A stretch of 64,000 nucleotides of DNA from Rhizaria sp. SCN 62-66 (lineage: Eukaryota), in the NCBI GenBank assembly GCA_001724265.1, contig MEDY01000025.1:62001-126000 (forward strand), in the 5' to 3' direction. A program made the position numbers and the translations under genes. The notes beneath the pieces were generated by a model, which worked only from the letters and a program-made list of their open reading frames with translations, did not search any database and was not told where the DNA came from. Positions 38,343 to 52,728 of this stretch are shown here, one piece after another; positions within the stretch are counted from its first letter, which is position 1, and each line of letters opens with the position of its first letter.

Positions 38343-41300
38343 GCATCACAGTCGTTGCCATTGCTAGTCAAGTGACTCTGTTGCTGATCAGCAGGGCTAG
38401 TCGCAGCGGCAGCAGAGGGGTCAATGGCCCTTGCGGCGGCTACCATCACACGGACAGGCTCTATGGGCCACTCTGCACAAGCGGGGCTTACACTCGCCGC
38501 AGCCTTGCTGCCGTTGTTGCTGGCATCCGTCGCAGCGACTACGAGAGCAAGTGCTGCGCACCGACGCATTGCAGAAGTCGCCTGGGACAAAGACGACACC
38601 ACCACCGCAGTCGCCTCGGCGTCGGCCTCAGCCTTCGCCTTAGCGGCAGCGGCAGCGGCGGCACGTTTTGCCTCGGCGTCGGCCAGCGCGGCGGCCTTCG
38701 CTACCTCCGCCTCTGCCTCTGCCTCTGCCTCAGCGTCGCCGTTGCCGTTGCCGTAGGCGTCAGGGGAGCTACGACCAGGAGAGTTGCCGCCGCCGTCCAT
38801 TACCAGTGGTTTGTTGGCGCCAACAGCCGCCGCTCTGGGGGTAGGAGCCTGGCTTGGAGCCTGGCTGTGAACTCGGCTGTGGTAGTTCCCCGCTTTCGTC
38901 GCCGTTTTACTGGCGTTGCGCGCGCCGCCACTGCCCCTGCCGCTGCCGCCGCCGGCCAGCGCGTCGACGGCTGCAGCCACGGCTTCGTGGCCGCCTTGGC
39001 GTCCGCTCAACCCCGCGCCCACGGCCACCAGCAGCGCGTGCAGCGCGGAGGCGGCTTGAGTTAAATCGGCCAGGGAGTACACGGGGCGGGACAACAGCTC
39101 AATGAGGTCGGCATCCGGGTTATACAGCGCAGGGCTACTTCCATTGCACGAGCTACTTACATTCGCGGCGCTGGGACTCGCGGCGGTGTCACGACCAATT
39201 GTACTTGAGCTGTCGTTGTTACCAGCAGAAGAATCAGCCTCAACACACACGTTTGCCGCTTCAGCGACGCTAGCGCCCGTGACCATCGCGAGATTGGCCA
39301 CGAAATTTTCACTGGCGACGGGTCCCAGCCCTAGGGGGCGCGCCGCGCCCAGCGCCAGCGCCAGCGCCAAAGTGCGCGCCCTTTCAGCACCGTTCACACT
39401 GGCACTCGGCTCCCTCGTACTGTTCCTGCTCGTCGCGTTGTCGCTGCTGTTGCTGTTATTGTTATTGTTGTTGTCGTTGCTAGCATTGGCAAGGTCGTTG
39501 GCGTTCGCGGCGAGCGTCAACACATGTGACAGCGCCTCCGTCTGCAGCCGCGCCCACCACCTGGGTCCGCCCCCGCCGGCACTCGACGCGCCGACACCCG
39601 AGCCGCCGCCGCCACCGCCGGTGGAACTGCTGGTATTTGCACCTGAAGCACCACCGGCGACGGTAGCGCTAATGAACGGCCGCAGGAGCTGCTGTCGGAC
39701 CGAAAGCGTCCACCCGGGGCGCGCCGTGTTGCTGCTGCTGCCGCCTGTGGAGGAATATACGGACACAGATGCCGACGCAGAAGGCGACTGTGCCGGCGGC
39801 GGCGAGGGCGACAGTGTGCTCAGACTAAGACCAGGACGAGTGGCGTCTAAGTGGGTACTTACACGCAGCGCACTGCCGTCGCCGTCAGCCAGCTTGCTCC
39901 GCCCATCGGCTTCAGCGGCCGCCCGCTCAGCCGCTGCGACCGCGGCCGCCCTCGCCGCCGCTGCTGCCGCGGCCGCTGCCGCGGCCGCGGCCGCCGCGCG
40001 CGCGTAGGTGGCGGCGGCCCGGGCTCGCGCGAGGCGGCGGTGCCAGGTGATGGCGACCCGCGATCGCATACGGCCCGCGGCGGCCGAAACGCGGGCCAAG
40101 AGGCGGACGACGGGAGTGCTGTCGCGGCGGGCGAGCAGGGCGAGGACGTGCGCCCACCGTAGTAGCGGCGGACGCTGCGCAATCGTAGACTGCGCAGTTG
40201 ACGTATGTGACTGTGCGATGGAGCCCTGCTGAAGAGAAGACTGCTGCGCCGAGAGACTGTGCGCAGCTGCTGCCGAATGAGAGTGACCGTGGTCGTGGGG
40301 AGGAAAAGCGGGGTTCGAGGGGACTGGGACTGTCGCAACGGTGGCAGCGGAAGCGGTGAAGACTGGGTGAGAGTCGTACTGGTACACGACGCCTGCCCGG
40401 CGCCGGTGGGCTGTCAGACGCGCCGCGCGGGCGGCGATGGAGCCCGGCGCGGCGGCGTCGGTGCTGTAGAGCGCCACCAGAGAGCTAGTTGCACTGGCTG
40501 CGCTGGCAGAAGTCGTGAGGGCAGGAGACTGGGTGGCGACGACGGCTGATGAGAGAAATGCCGCGGGTTGAGTGTCAAGGGTGACGGCTGATGAGAGCGA
40601 GGTCGATGGAGGAGGGAGCAAGCCTGGCAGTGACGACGATGCTGAGAGGGGTGAGGCATGTGCTACAAACTGAGAAGAGGCTGACAGAGACGCGGAGTCA
40701 GTGGGGGATGCAAGTGGCGCGTGCACAACAATAGGAGTGGGACCAACGTTGCGTGACTCGCCCTCTGTCTCAGCCGCGGAGGCTGCGGCGGCTGCCTGCG
40801 CCAAGACGGCGCGCGTGTGGCGTTTGTGGCAGTAGAGGCAGTCCAAGGCGTGGTTGCGATGGTAGCCGAACAGCTCATCGCCATTGTCGCCACCGATGGC
40901 GCTACTGAGACCGGCACTGCCGCTGACGCCATTGACAGCCGCGTTGGTGTGATTAAAAGCGTTAGAGATTACGGTGATGTCAGCGACACCGAAGGCGGAT
41001 AAGGGGCCATCGGGGTGACTGAGAGCTGGGTGACTGTGGGCAGCCATCGCGGCGCTGTGGCAGCGGCAGGTGCAGTGCGCAGACTGACTCACTTGTTGTT
41101 GTTGTGCGAGGAGGGAGACTGTAGTGAGATCAACTGCAGAGTAAGGGAAACCACCAGTGCCACTTTGTCCACAAACAGGGCTCACTGAAACGGAGTTACG
41201 GCCAACGCCGTTCGTGTTGGTCGCGGAGCAGGTGATCTTGCTCGTCGTGTCAACCATAGCAATGCTCTTGCAATTGCTTGACTCCGGGAAGTTTGACTCT

Positions 41301-44300
41301 GAGGAGTTTGACTCGCAGTCGTCAGAGTCCGAGGCGAATGGCCCCGCCGGCAGCGACTGCGCCACAGGAAACAAACCAACCACGACTCTCTCGCCCACAC
41401 TTACACTGCCGCCCGCCCCAGAAGTACTTAGACTCTGGGCAGTATTCGCGTTACTGACACCCGACAGACAACAACAACCACAGCCACTTACACTGTGCAT
41501 TGCTCCCACAGCAGCGCTGGTGCTGCTGCTGCTGTACGCAGAGTTGATACTGCTACTGCTGCTGACACTGGCGCAGTGCGCCGCAGCGGCCGGCAGCGTC
41601 CGCGCCCGCCTGCGCAGAGCCGCTAGCCGGGCAGGGGCGACCGTGAGCAGGCGGCAGTGCGCCGCGGTGGGGCGAGCGGACCGGACGGGCGGCGGCGGTC
41701 GCAGCGCCGGCAGCGAGGGCTGCTCACACAGCGTCGCCTCGCAGCTAGAGAACGCAGCGGTTGTCGTGTTGTTAGACTGGGGTCGCGGCGGCGCCAGCGC
41801 CATCCGCCAAGCGATAAGGAACGGTGCGTGCGCAGTGAGGGACAGCACATCAGTGAGCAAAGTTAAACCGCATTGCTCAGCGGAGACTGTGGGAACGGCA
41901 GCACGAGTGATTGGCGTCATAGCACCGGCGGCGTTGCTCATGGTCACCGGACGAGGGGCCGCAGTCGTCGTGCTTGCAATCGCGCTCAAAAGGGTTATAC
42001 TAGTGGCCGTAGAGGTGTCAGAGCGCTGACTGTTGTTGCCTATCTTCGTGCAATTTTCGTTATCCTTGCTGTTGTTACGGCTACGATAGCGTTCGTCGCG
42101 GTTGCGAGATGTTGGTGTGTCGGCGTCACTGGCGGGGACGAGCACGCGCGCAGCCTTATACTCCCGTTCAGCCTCCACATCCGTATCGTTTTTGTCGTCA
42201 TCACTTCTAGTCTCAGCATCGACACCGTGTTGAGGATTAGCAGTAGACTTGGCACGACTGCTGCTGCCGCCGCCGCGGTTGCTACTACGGCGCGCAACAC
42301 GGATCCACTTGTTTTGCTCGTCACACCACTCGAACTTGCTGCCACCAGGGTTGTCTTTGGTGCTGTTGGGGCTCATCATCGACGCGTTAACATGCTTAGG
42401 AGCGCCGTCAGCAATACTAATACCGTCGTTATCGGTGTCATAGTGACTGCTGCGACGCGACGCCGCGCTATCTGTGTTGGTGTCTACGTATGCGTTGCTG
42501 TTTCCTTTCTTCTTGCTGAGACTGTTACTGCTGTTGCGGACAATGCCCGACACAGAGTCGTCGCCGATCGCAATAGCGTCGTCATCGTTGCCGTCATTGT
42601 CGTCATCGTTGAGCACTAACGAGTCGTCACGGCCAATGCCGCCACCATTCTCATCGTCATCGTCATCGTCATCATCGTCATTGCCACCGCCGTCATCGCC
42701 GTCGTCGTCGTCGTCGTCATCCTCGTCACAACTCAGCTCACTGTCCTCTGCAGCGAGATCAGCCGCGCTGGCACCTATGACAGCGACGCCACCGCCGCCA
42801 TTACCCACGGTCACGCCGCTGCCCTTGCCACCAGGCTGGCCGCCCTCGCCCTCCCCGGCGGCGCCCGCGGCGAGATGACCGTGAGCGGCACGAGTACCGC
42901 GTCCGTCGCCGCTGCCGCACAGCGCTCGCGCGAGCGCGATGCTGCCGCTGCCGCCCTCGCCAACGGCGGCCGCCGCCGCGACCCCGGCCGTGACCGCCGC
43001 GGCGGCCGCGGCAGTGGCGGCGGAGGCGGCGAGAGCGGAAGCGGCGGCGGCGGACGCGCGTTGAGCTCGTAGCCGCGTTGCAGTGGCGGCTGCGGCGGCT
43101 GCGGCTGCGGCGGCAGCGGCGGCGGCGACAACGCTGCCACGGACTGGGGTGCCAGCAGCCTTCGCGACCTTGGCAGCAGCAGCAGCAGCAGCAGTGGAGG
43201 CAGCGGGGACAGTGTTCTTGGCGTTAATACTGTTGTTGTTCTCTATGAGTGGGACAGGCGCAGGCAAACGCGCGTGTTGCTGGGTCGGGGTGCTTACACT
43301 CGCTGTGTTAGCACTTACAATCGGCGACGAGAGCGCTTGCGACAAAGACTGAGACTGAGACTGAGACCTTGATTGTGTCTGTGAGGGCGAGTGTGACTGT
43401 GCGAGCAGCGACTGAGGAGAGCGATTGACTATGGTGGTTACACCGGCCTTAGGGGTACTTACATCGCCAGCAGCCGTGCCATGCTCGGCATTGTCCTTAT
43501 CACTGTTTTCGCCGTCCTTGTTAGAACTCAACATCTGTCGTTTCGTATTGCCACCCAGTACAGCGCCAGTATCACCGCCATCAGCAGTTAGAAGCGACTG
43601 CGGTTCAGGCCCTTGCCCAGAGCTAGAGCTGAAGGTAGGTCCGTGAACACTCCCGTCGCCAGGGTGTGTGAGAGTTGCAGGTGCGAACGACGATGACTTA
43701 GTGAGCTCATGGAGCGGCGAGTACACTTCGTCATTTACCGTACTATCGTCAGCACCACTGCCCTCAAAACGCTTGACATCTAAGTACCTCGCCGAGTGTA
43801 AGGGTGTCGGGTCCCGCGACACAACGACGTGTGCGTGCGAAATCGGCGACGTCAGCTCAAGTGCAAGCTCTGATCTAAGTGCCAGCGAATCGCCGCCCTC
43901 AGCAGCTGGAAGTACCCCGCCACCCGGTGTGAGTAACTCCCCACTAGGCGTCTCACTGCCACTCTGCATATCTCTTGCAGTGCTGACACTCGAGCTGCTG
44001 TTGGCGCTGATACCTGCAGACTGCGACTGCGGGGAAGTTAAGCCGCCTGTACTCACTTGACGTGACCTCGCAATCTCGTTCCGTAACTGCATTTGCTGCA
44101 TCTGCTGCATCTGCTGCTGCTGTTGTTGCTGCTGCTTTACAGTACTTGCGGTCAGATTAACACCGGACCCAGAGGGTTTTGTACCAGTCAACGTCTTACT
44201 CTGTGTCGTGACATTTGCGCCCGCGTTTGTATCCCCTGAAGCAGCAGCAGGAGACTTGCTCGGCAACGCTTTCGTTGCCTTGCCACCCGGGGTGGTTACG

Positions 44301-47300
44301 CCTTTGCTCTGCGTCTTAGACTGCGCCTGTGCCTTTGACTGAACTTGCGATTGTGCCTGTGCTTGAGACTGCGGCGACTGTGCTTGTGGCTGTTTCACCG
44401 CCAACGCCCGGGCCCACACGGCGCCCAGCGCATGCGCACCGGTCAGGGCCCACAGTCGCACCGCACCGCTGTCCCAACCGCTGGGACAGTCAGGAGCACC
44501 ACGTTCACAGTCAATCGACTGATCGGGGTCGCCAACAGCAGTCGACTGCTCACGGTCACCATTGGGTGATGGCTGCACACGGTCACCGTTACTAGTCACA
44601 GCGATCGAGTTGTCGTCGTCGTCGTTGTTGTTGGTGTTGTTGTTGTTGCTCTTGGAGTTTGCCACCGCTGTCCAGGCTTGGTGCCCCCTCAGCAGTGACA
44701 ATGCAGTCACACGGACTGGCTTACTGTTCGTAGTACGGGTACTCGAGCTGACTGGGGGCGCAGTCGCAGGTTTCGCCACAGACTCTGTATCGGTGCTTGT
44801 GGCGGGGACTGCTGCCGCTGCTGCAGTTGTTGTTTTCTGACTGACCGGAGGCACCATCATCGCCCACAGAGACTGCGCTGCAATCATGAGTCCGCGGGCA
44901 GCAACCGGGTTCCCTCCCGTTTGACCTCCGTCGTTGCTCGTGATAGAATCACTCGCACTGCCATTGAGACTGGCGTGGCCAATACTGGGAGAGCTGATGT
45001 GTCGGGGCACTGCGCTCGCCAAGGCGGCTTTCATTAGCTCCACCGCGATAGTTAAGCCACCCGGGTGCATTTGCAGAGGCTGCAGCCGGCGCGCAGTCAC
45101 ACAACACATCACAGTCTTTGTCTTTGCAGTTGCTGCTGCTGCTGCTGTTGCTGTTGTTGCCGTCGTGTCGTTGATCGTGGTAAATGCATAGCAGTACACG
45201 AGTCCCCAGCCTGCGGCGTCGCCGGTGTTCACGGCCACACCCTGTTCACGGTCACCCCCGCCGACGACAGTCCTGGACGTCGCGCTCAGAGTCGCCACGC
45301 TTTCGTCGCCACCAGAAGCAGCGTCCGCATCGCCACTAGGCGCTGTCACGGCGCGGGGGAGGCGGAAGGGGCAGCAGCAAGCGTGCTCACAGCCACTCGC
45401 TGCACTGACACTGCCGCTCGAGTGGTAGCCCGAGCTCTCTGACTGTGACTGGGAGTGGTGGGACGACTGTGATGGAGTGTGTAGCCACAGACCACTCATC
45501 CCTTCCGCGCTCACAGTTACATCGTAATGATCGTCGTCGTCATAGTCGTTGCCGTCAAGACGACTGCGATCGCTCGAGAGACTGTGATCACCCACGGTGG
45601 AGTGACCGTGAGCGACGGAGTGACCGTGAGCATCTGAGTGACTGTGGGCATCTGAGTGACCGTGGGCATCTGAGTGAGCGTGAACAGCAGCAGTCAGCGG
45701 CAACGGCATCGCAGGGCAGTGCACAACTCCTCCGGCGGCGTCGCCCCCGCCCACGGCAGCCGTCGCGATCGCCACAGCCATCGCCGACGCCGCGGCGGCG
45801 GCGGCAGCCGAGGCCGCAGCAGTGGCGGCGGCGGCGGCGGCGACGGCGGCGGCGGTGGCGGCGGCAGCAGCGGTTGCGCCCGCTCCTAGCGTTGATGTTG
45901 AAGTGGCACCCTTGGACTGGGTGGTCTTGCTGTTGGTCTTAGACTGGTAGTTGGTGGGGTGAGAGTCTGTCAGCTGAGTCGAATAACCATCGTTAGGACC
46001 ACCGTTGTGAGAGTTCGCATGATTGCAGATACAAGCAGCAGCAGCTGCGGCAGAGCTATTGTCACTGGGAGTGGCGTTAACACCGCTGCCGCTGCTGCTG
46101 CTGCTGCTGTTGTTGTTAACATTGCTACTCCCACTGCGACTGGGGAGTCCGCATCCGTAGCAAACAGCTGCATTGAAAGCCATGTGGTTGCTGTTCTTGT
46201 TGTTAAACAGTCTCGTCGGGTTCAGCGCCGCCGCCTGTGCACCGCCCATAACATCAGTGTAAGTACCCTGCTGCGGCGAGGTGTAAGTGTCTCTCGAGTC
46301 GCCGCCGCCCTCAGCCGCGTCTGGGTGCAGCATCGGCGGTTGCGACGCCACGGTGGCCAGTCTAAGTACCTTCTTGGCGTGTAAGGGTGCCTTGGCGCGG
46401 TGCCGCATGCCGGTCAGGCCGGTGAGTAATCCTTCTACTCCCGCTGCCGCTGACGCTGCAGCAGTCGTCAGGTCCCTCGATGCTGATGCAGAGGCAGAGG
46501 AAAATGCTGTGGCCGAGGCAGAGACAGGAGAATCGCTACGAGTAGTCGTCGAGTTTGCGATGCCATTATTATTGCTGCTGTTGTTGTTGTTTTTCTTGTT
46601 CGTATTGAATAACAAAGGACACACATCCGCCCATGAGATACCCCACTCACGGTCACCGTCATTGCCACCGCCACCGTTGCAGTCAACCCAGTCAACATCA
46701 TTGTCACTGCCACTGCCACTGCCAACACCGTTGCTGGTGTTGAAGCTAGTCGCCGGTGCTTTCGCCTTTATCGCGGCTAAACGGAGCTTCTTCGTGACGG
46801 CAAGCAGCAACTGCACCAGCAGCGGATCTGGCAAGGCCGCCCCCGCACAAAGCACTACCCTCGCTACCACGGCGTCTTCGGCGACCTCAGCAGAACCCAG
46901 GCCGCCGCCGCCTGCTGCGGAAGGTGAGCCGCCACGCCGGTAGAGCTCTGGGGGCCCGCAGCAGAGACAGCCGTCAAGCGACAGCAATCTCCGTGACACT
47001 GCTGGCTTCGGCAGCAGCAGCAGTCCAGCAGAAGGAGCAGAAGTAAGGGTCGCCTCAGGTGTAGGTGTCGCACTCGGTGTAAGCGCCGCCGGTGTAAGTG
47101 CCGCCGCGAGTATCGGCGGCACCCGTGGGTGGCACGGGCATAGCAACCCCCGGGACGCGCCCAATAGCAGGAGCCATGCGGCGGCCGCGGGGGACACCGG
47201 CATCGCGAGCGGCCACTCTTGCTGCGTCTGCGTCTGTGACCGTGACAGCGCCTGTAACTGTGTTTGTGGTGGCGGCGGCGGTGGGGGTGGCGGAGCGAGC

Positions 47301-47749
47301 AGAGGCAGCAGAGGAGAGTGTTTGTGTAGCGCAGTCGCAAACGTATACGCTGCGTTGGCGTCATGATAGCACCGACCCAGCTTCATCGCAGCAGCAGCGG
47401 TCAGCGCGGTGATGCGAGAGCGAGAGCTGGAGCTGGAGTGCAACTGCGAGCCAGAGCAAGAGCCAGAGCCAGAGGCAGCAGTGTCAGTGGTGTTTGAGTC
47501 GTCGTCGTTGTTGTAGTGAACTTGTTGTTTGCGGCTCGCAGCAGCGGGCGGCGGCAGTGGCGGGCCGTGCACCCTGTCGACCGCGCTCAACGCGCTCTCG
47601 CAGACGCCAGCAGATGTCTGCGCTGCCGCGCAGCCAGAGTCAGGGCCGCTGGAGTGACCGTGAGGGTGACCGTGGGCGGGGGCGGAGGGAGGGGGCGGCT
47701 GTGTCGGCCGCTGGAGGAGTTGCTGCCTGCCGTCGCTGGGGGGCGGCAT
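36869..47749 (-). CDS. Giant (~3626 aa) intronless low-complexity protein of unknown function
   Basis: A single 10.9-kb open frame runs from ATG 47749 (MPPPSDG) to TAA 36869-36871, with the same Ala/Ser/Asn/Gln-rich style as neighbouring genes. No domain recognised. Confidence 0.75.
45600..45683 (-). repeat. Imperfect 18-bp tandem repeat encoding (A)H(G/S)HS(D/V) units
   Basis: The plus strand shows about 4-5 copies of a GAGTGAC(C/T)GTG(A/G)GCATCT-like unit. Confidence 0.75.
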
Positions 47750-48204
47750 CGCAGTCACAAAGCGCGGTCAGCGGCTCTTAAGCAACGGGTGCGGTGTGGA
47801 GGGAAGAAAAGCACACGCTTGGCTGTTGAGATGAAGTGGCGCGAGCGTGTGTCACGCTGACAGAGAGAGCTGCGTGAGGCGAGAGACGTAGGCCGGGAGA
47901 GGGGAGGCGTCTGGGAGGTGAGTTGTTGCCGGTAAGAAATATAATTTTGAAAATGTTATTAACACGCACAGAAAGAACTCGTGGTACTGAAACGCACTCT
48001 GCTTACGGAGAGTGGTGTTCGATATCTTATGTTTTCGAGAGGACGAAGTGTCCGGACGAGTTGGTGGCCACAGTCGGGAACTTTGAATGAGGTGTGATTT
48101 GAATAGCAAATATATAACCACATAGACCGTCAAGCACGTATGGGACACAATCTTGCGATTTAGTTTGCTTACAAATTATTGTTTTTCTTTTTAATTCACT
48201 TGAC

Positions 48205-51200
48205 ATGTCCGTTAACGCTCTAGCCCAGACTCGCGAGGTTTCTCTCCGCTGCAGTAACGCCTCGCCCCGCATCCCCGCGTCGTTCCCAGCGAGCCCTGTC
48301 TCCCCGATGGGCCAATACGCCTCCACCGCGGGTCACGCCGGCGCGTTGCACAGTCCCGGCACCCCTGCGCAGACCGGCCGCCTCCGCCTCGCATCATCGC
48401 CAGCGGGCCAGGCGCCGCTGGCCTTCCACTCGACCTCTGCCGTACGTCCCCTCACTTGCTCGTTATCTTTCGCGCACACAATGCGTCGTCGCAAGTCAGT
48501 TTATAAATAGCATAGAAATCACGCTAACATATCATTTTGTTGTGTTCTATTGTTTGAATATAGTCGCACCCATTGCACCTGGAGGTTTTTCTGCCGCCGC
48601 AGCCCTCCCCGCTCCTCAAAGCCACTTTCCCCCCCGCCGCCGCCGCCGCCGCCTCCGCCTCGTACTCCGCGGCGCTCGCGCTGCTGGCGCTGCTCGCGCG
48701 CGGAGCCGCGGCGGCGCAGAACGCGGGAGCATGCGTCACCGTTCTCGTGCATCCCCCGGCCTTGACCCCAGGTGCGAGCGCAGAGGCCGATAGCTCAATC
48801 CATTACTATCGCCACTTGAACCCTCATCACAGCATTACAGGCAGCAGCACCATAAGCAGCAGCAGCAACAGCAACATCAGCAGCAGCAGCAACGCCCACG
48901 TTAGATCTACTATCGGCGGCAACTCCGACGCGATTGAGGCTGCACCGGTGGCGGCAGCCAATTTCGCCGCAGACCGCCGCTACCACGGTCTCCTCACAGC
49001 CCACGGTCACTCCGCTCACGGTCACTCTCAGAGCCAGAGTCAGGCCGAGGCAGCGGTTGCAGCGGCGGCCGCGGCGGCTCTGGCGGCTCGGCTGGCGCAG
49101 GCGCGGACGGCCTATGACGCCGCCACCGCAAGTGCGACCACAAACGCAAACGCCTCCGCGGCTACCACTGCCACCGCCACTGCTGCTGCTGCCGCCGCCA
49201 CGACTGCGAATGGAACAGCACCAGCTTCATCTGGCGCCGCGAATGCGAGCGTCAACGGCGGCAACATCCCTGCTCATGCGCCTGCTACGAACGCGACCGC
49301 GATGACTACGGGTGCGATGACTGCGAGCTCGAATGTGACTGTCAGTGCTGCCATGGTGGTGGCGGCTGAGGCCCGGGGGGCGGCGACAGCGGCGGCGGCC
49401 GCGGCGGCTACTGCTGCTGCCAAAGCGGACGTTGCATTCCCTTTACCTGCAACGTTCTTGCCTCTTGCTTGCTTTACTAACAACAACAACATCAACGCTA
49501 GTACCACTGATAGTGAGACTGTAAGCAGCACGGGTTCTGCTGCAAATGTAAGTGCCAAGGGTACTTACACCGACTTGCTCTCCGCCCACAGCCGCTACGT
49601 CAAAGCGTATGGCCGTGAGCGCAGTGAGATCGCGTCGAAGTTAAGCCGCGTGCAGCCTAACATGGACGGTTATCTCCTCTGCTCTCTCCCCACCACAAAC
49701 TCGGCTGCGGTCGACAAAGAGGAGGATGATAATTCTGAGGACGCCTTTATCAGTGACGACGATATTGCGACTGCCTATGGTGCTACAGGTCATGTGAGCA
49801 GTCTCGTCCCTCACGTCTCCATGCCCTCGTGTCCGCCCCCCTTCGACCTCTCCCAGTGCGGCGGCCTGCCTTTACCGGCCTGGATGCGGCTTTACTTCAA
49901 AACACGCGACGCCGCTGCGCTGTACTGGCCGCTGTGGGCACTTACATCCAGTCTAAGTGCTGCGGCGCAGACGTCGGCGTCGAGTCTAAGTACCCCAGGC
50001 CCTGTGCTAATGACTGTGAACGGCTCTCGGTCACTTACCCTGCCCAACCTCAGTCTCTCTAGCACTTACAAGCACAGCGGCTTCAGTGCTAACGGTCTAA
50101 GTACCTCTTCGTTGAGTCTCAGGGACGCCAGCGACTGTGGGTTTTGCTGCTTACAAGGCTGCACAGACTGCGGACACGTCAACTCCAACTCTCCTAGCAA
50201 CAACGAGCAGCAACAGCAGCAGCAGCAGCCATATCAGGAGGATTTACTGTTTGCTGTGCCGATGCCAATCATCCCCTCAATCAACGCCCTTACCTCGAGC
50301 TCTAGCTCTGAGCAAGAGTCACTCTCTCAGGCCGCGAACGCGAATGCCAATACTGCGCCCGCCCCCACAGCGTTGTCCGTGGCGTCTGCGTCCCGGCGCC
50401 CGCCGCCGCAGCCGCCGGTGCTGCCGTCGCAGCTGCCGGCGACGCCGCTGTCCCTGGCGCTTTCTCTCGCGGTCGAGGTCTCAGTTGCACTCAAGAACAA
50501 CAACAGCAGCAACAACAACAACAGCAGCAGCGCCATTAGTAATAGCTCCACAACTGGTGGCGGTAGCTCTAATACGGCGGGTATGGGAGTGGGTAGCTCC
50601 GGGGTACTTACAGTCACGCAGCACCAGGCCCTTACATTCTCCCCGACTGAGCCCCTCACCCTGCACCCCTTACCTGCGCCTGCAGCGCCCTTACACGCAT
50701 CTAAGGGTGCACAGCCACATTCCCAGTTGCAGTCGCGGGTGCAGTCTGAGGGGCGTGCCTGGCTGCACACTGTCCCTGCCTCTGCCTCCGCCGTCGCCGC
50801 TGCTGCTGCCTTTGCGGCGGCACAGACGCTGACGGCTTTTGCGCGTGCTGTGAGTGTGGGCGCCTCTTACACCGGGCTAAGGGGTACTTACATGGGTGAG
50901 GACGAGGTACTTCGGCGCGCGTGGGCCGCTGCCCTCGCCTCAATTAGCGACACCACTACGGCTCACGGTCACTCTGCTGCTCGCAGTCACTCCGCTGATA
51001 ACAGCTACAGTGCGTTCTTCAGCAGTGACGACGACGACGGCGACGATGATGATGATGATGATCGCAAAACCGATTATAGCAACAATCACAGTCGGATTGC
51101 CAAGGCTAATCGTAACATGAACAAATTCGGCGTCAGTAACGGCGCTTACAACGCTGACAATACTAACGATGACTATGACAATGACAACAATAGTGACGGT

Positions 51201-52697
51201 TTTGCCGACGATATCAGCGGCGGCTTACGTTCCCGTCGCGGCGGCCTAACTTCCGTCCCCACCAAGTCAGTCCAAATGGCGACCCTCGGTCACAGCTCCC
51301 CCACGCCTCGCCTCACCACGACTGCAACTGGAGCTGGAGATGGCCTGACCCCGCAGCGGAGGCGGCAACAGCGCTCTGACCGCCGCCGCTGTCGCTGGCT
51401 CCTGGTTGCGGCGGCGCGGGCGGCGCTGAGGTGCGGCCTAACTTTGAGTGACCTCGCCGCCGCGAACCAGCAGTCTGCCGCGCTGAATGAGGAAGGGAAA
51501 GCAGAGACTGGTCTTCCTCCCCAGCGCCAACACGGTCACTCTCCTGCCGCTGCCGCTACGGTTACTGCCAGTGCCAGTGTTGCGGCAATGGAGATGGCAG
51601 CAGCTGCGAGGCTTGCAGGCCGCTCCGCTGATGCCGGTGTAAGTACCTCCCGTCTAAGTACACCTCGCCACATCGGCAGTGGTTCTGCCTCCTCTAAGGG
51701 TACCCCGTCATCTAAGGACCTTCTCACGACAACGACGGACAGAAAGGCTCAGTCTCCGTCTAACTCTAAGTACTCGCCCCCGTCTAAGGGTGCCCGCGCA
51801 GCCCGGTCGGCGGCCGCCTCGGCCGTCGCCGCCTCGGCCGCCGTGGAGCTGGCCGAGCGGCTCCGCGTTTTGATGGCACAGAGCAGTGGAAACAGCGATG
51901 ACGGCAACACAGCGACTACCAGTGCTCACGGTGGTAAGACGGTGGGTACACGTGGGACGCGTGGTGGTGACGGTACTGCTGACGTCACGATTCTCATCAC
52001 GGATTCCGATTCCGACTCTGTTGATTCTGACGCACCTAAGAGCAAGACAACTGCTAACAAGGGCAAGTCAAATACGGCTACTGCCAGCCGTGGCCGCTTA
52101 ACTTCCCCCGCCCAAGACGTTCTATACTACGAAGACTCCACCGACAGCAATGAAGATGAAGATTGCACTGGCAGTGACGATGACGCCAGTGCAGGCGCTG
52201 ACGATGCGTTGAGTGACATGAGTGTGCCGGATCTCACTGACAGCGGTGATGATGACAGCGACGACAGTGGCACTGACATCAAACCGAAGATCACTGCTCG
52301 CCTCAATAGCAAAGGTGCTTCTATCACTAGTGCAACTGCTGCGAACACTTTCAGGACTGCGTCTCAAGTGCAGGGCTTAGCGCCCCGCAACAGGGCCCCA
52401 TTGACTGTGGCTAACACTGTGCCGGCGGCAAACAATGTGACTGTGTCTAACACGATGGCGTCGAAGACCACAGGGTCTAAGAGCAATGTGACTGTGGGCA
52501 AGGCGACTGTGGGCAAAGGGCCGCTGCCTCCGCCGCCGCCGCCTCTGAACCCCACTGCTCCACCTAACAAGAGCCAGAGCCAGAGCCAGAGTCAAAGGCA
52601 GTCTGGGCCGTTACCCCCCGGCTCTGCTGCTGCCTTAGCTCAGGCACTTCGCTCACAACAACAACAAGAGCAACATCAACGTCCGTCTCAGCAGCAG

Positions 52698-52728
<31 letters not shown>

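Noticed and set aside
28682-45683. Short tandem repeats as a CRISPR array or transposon ends
   Set aside because: There are no unique spacers, cas genes, transposase or reverse transcriptase motifs; the repeats lie in frame within exons.
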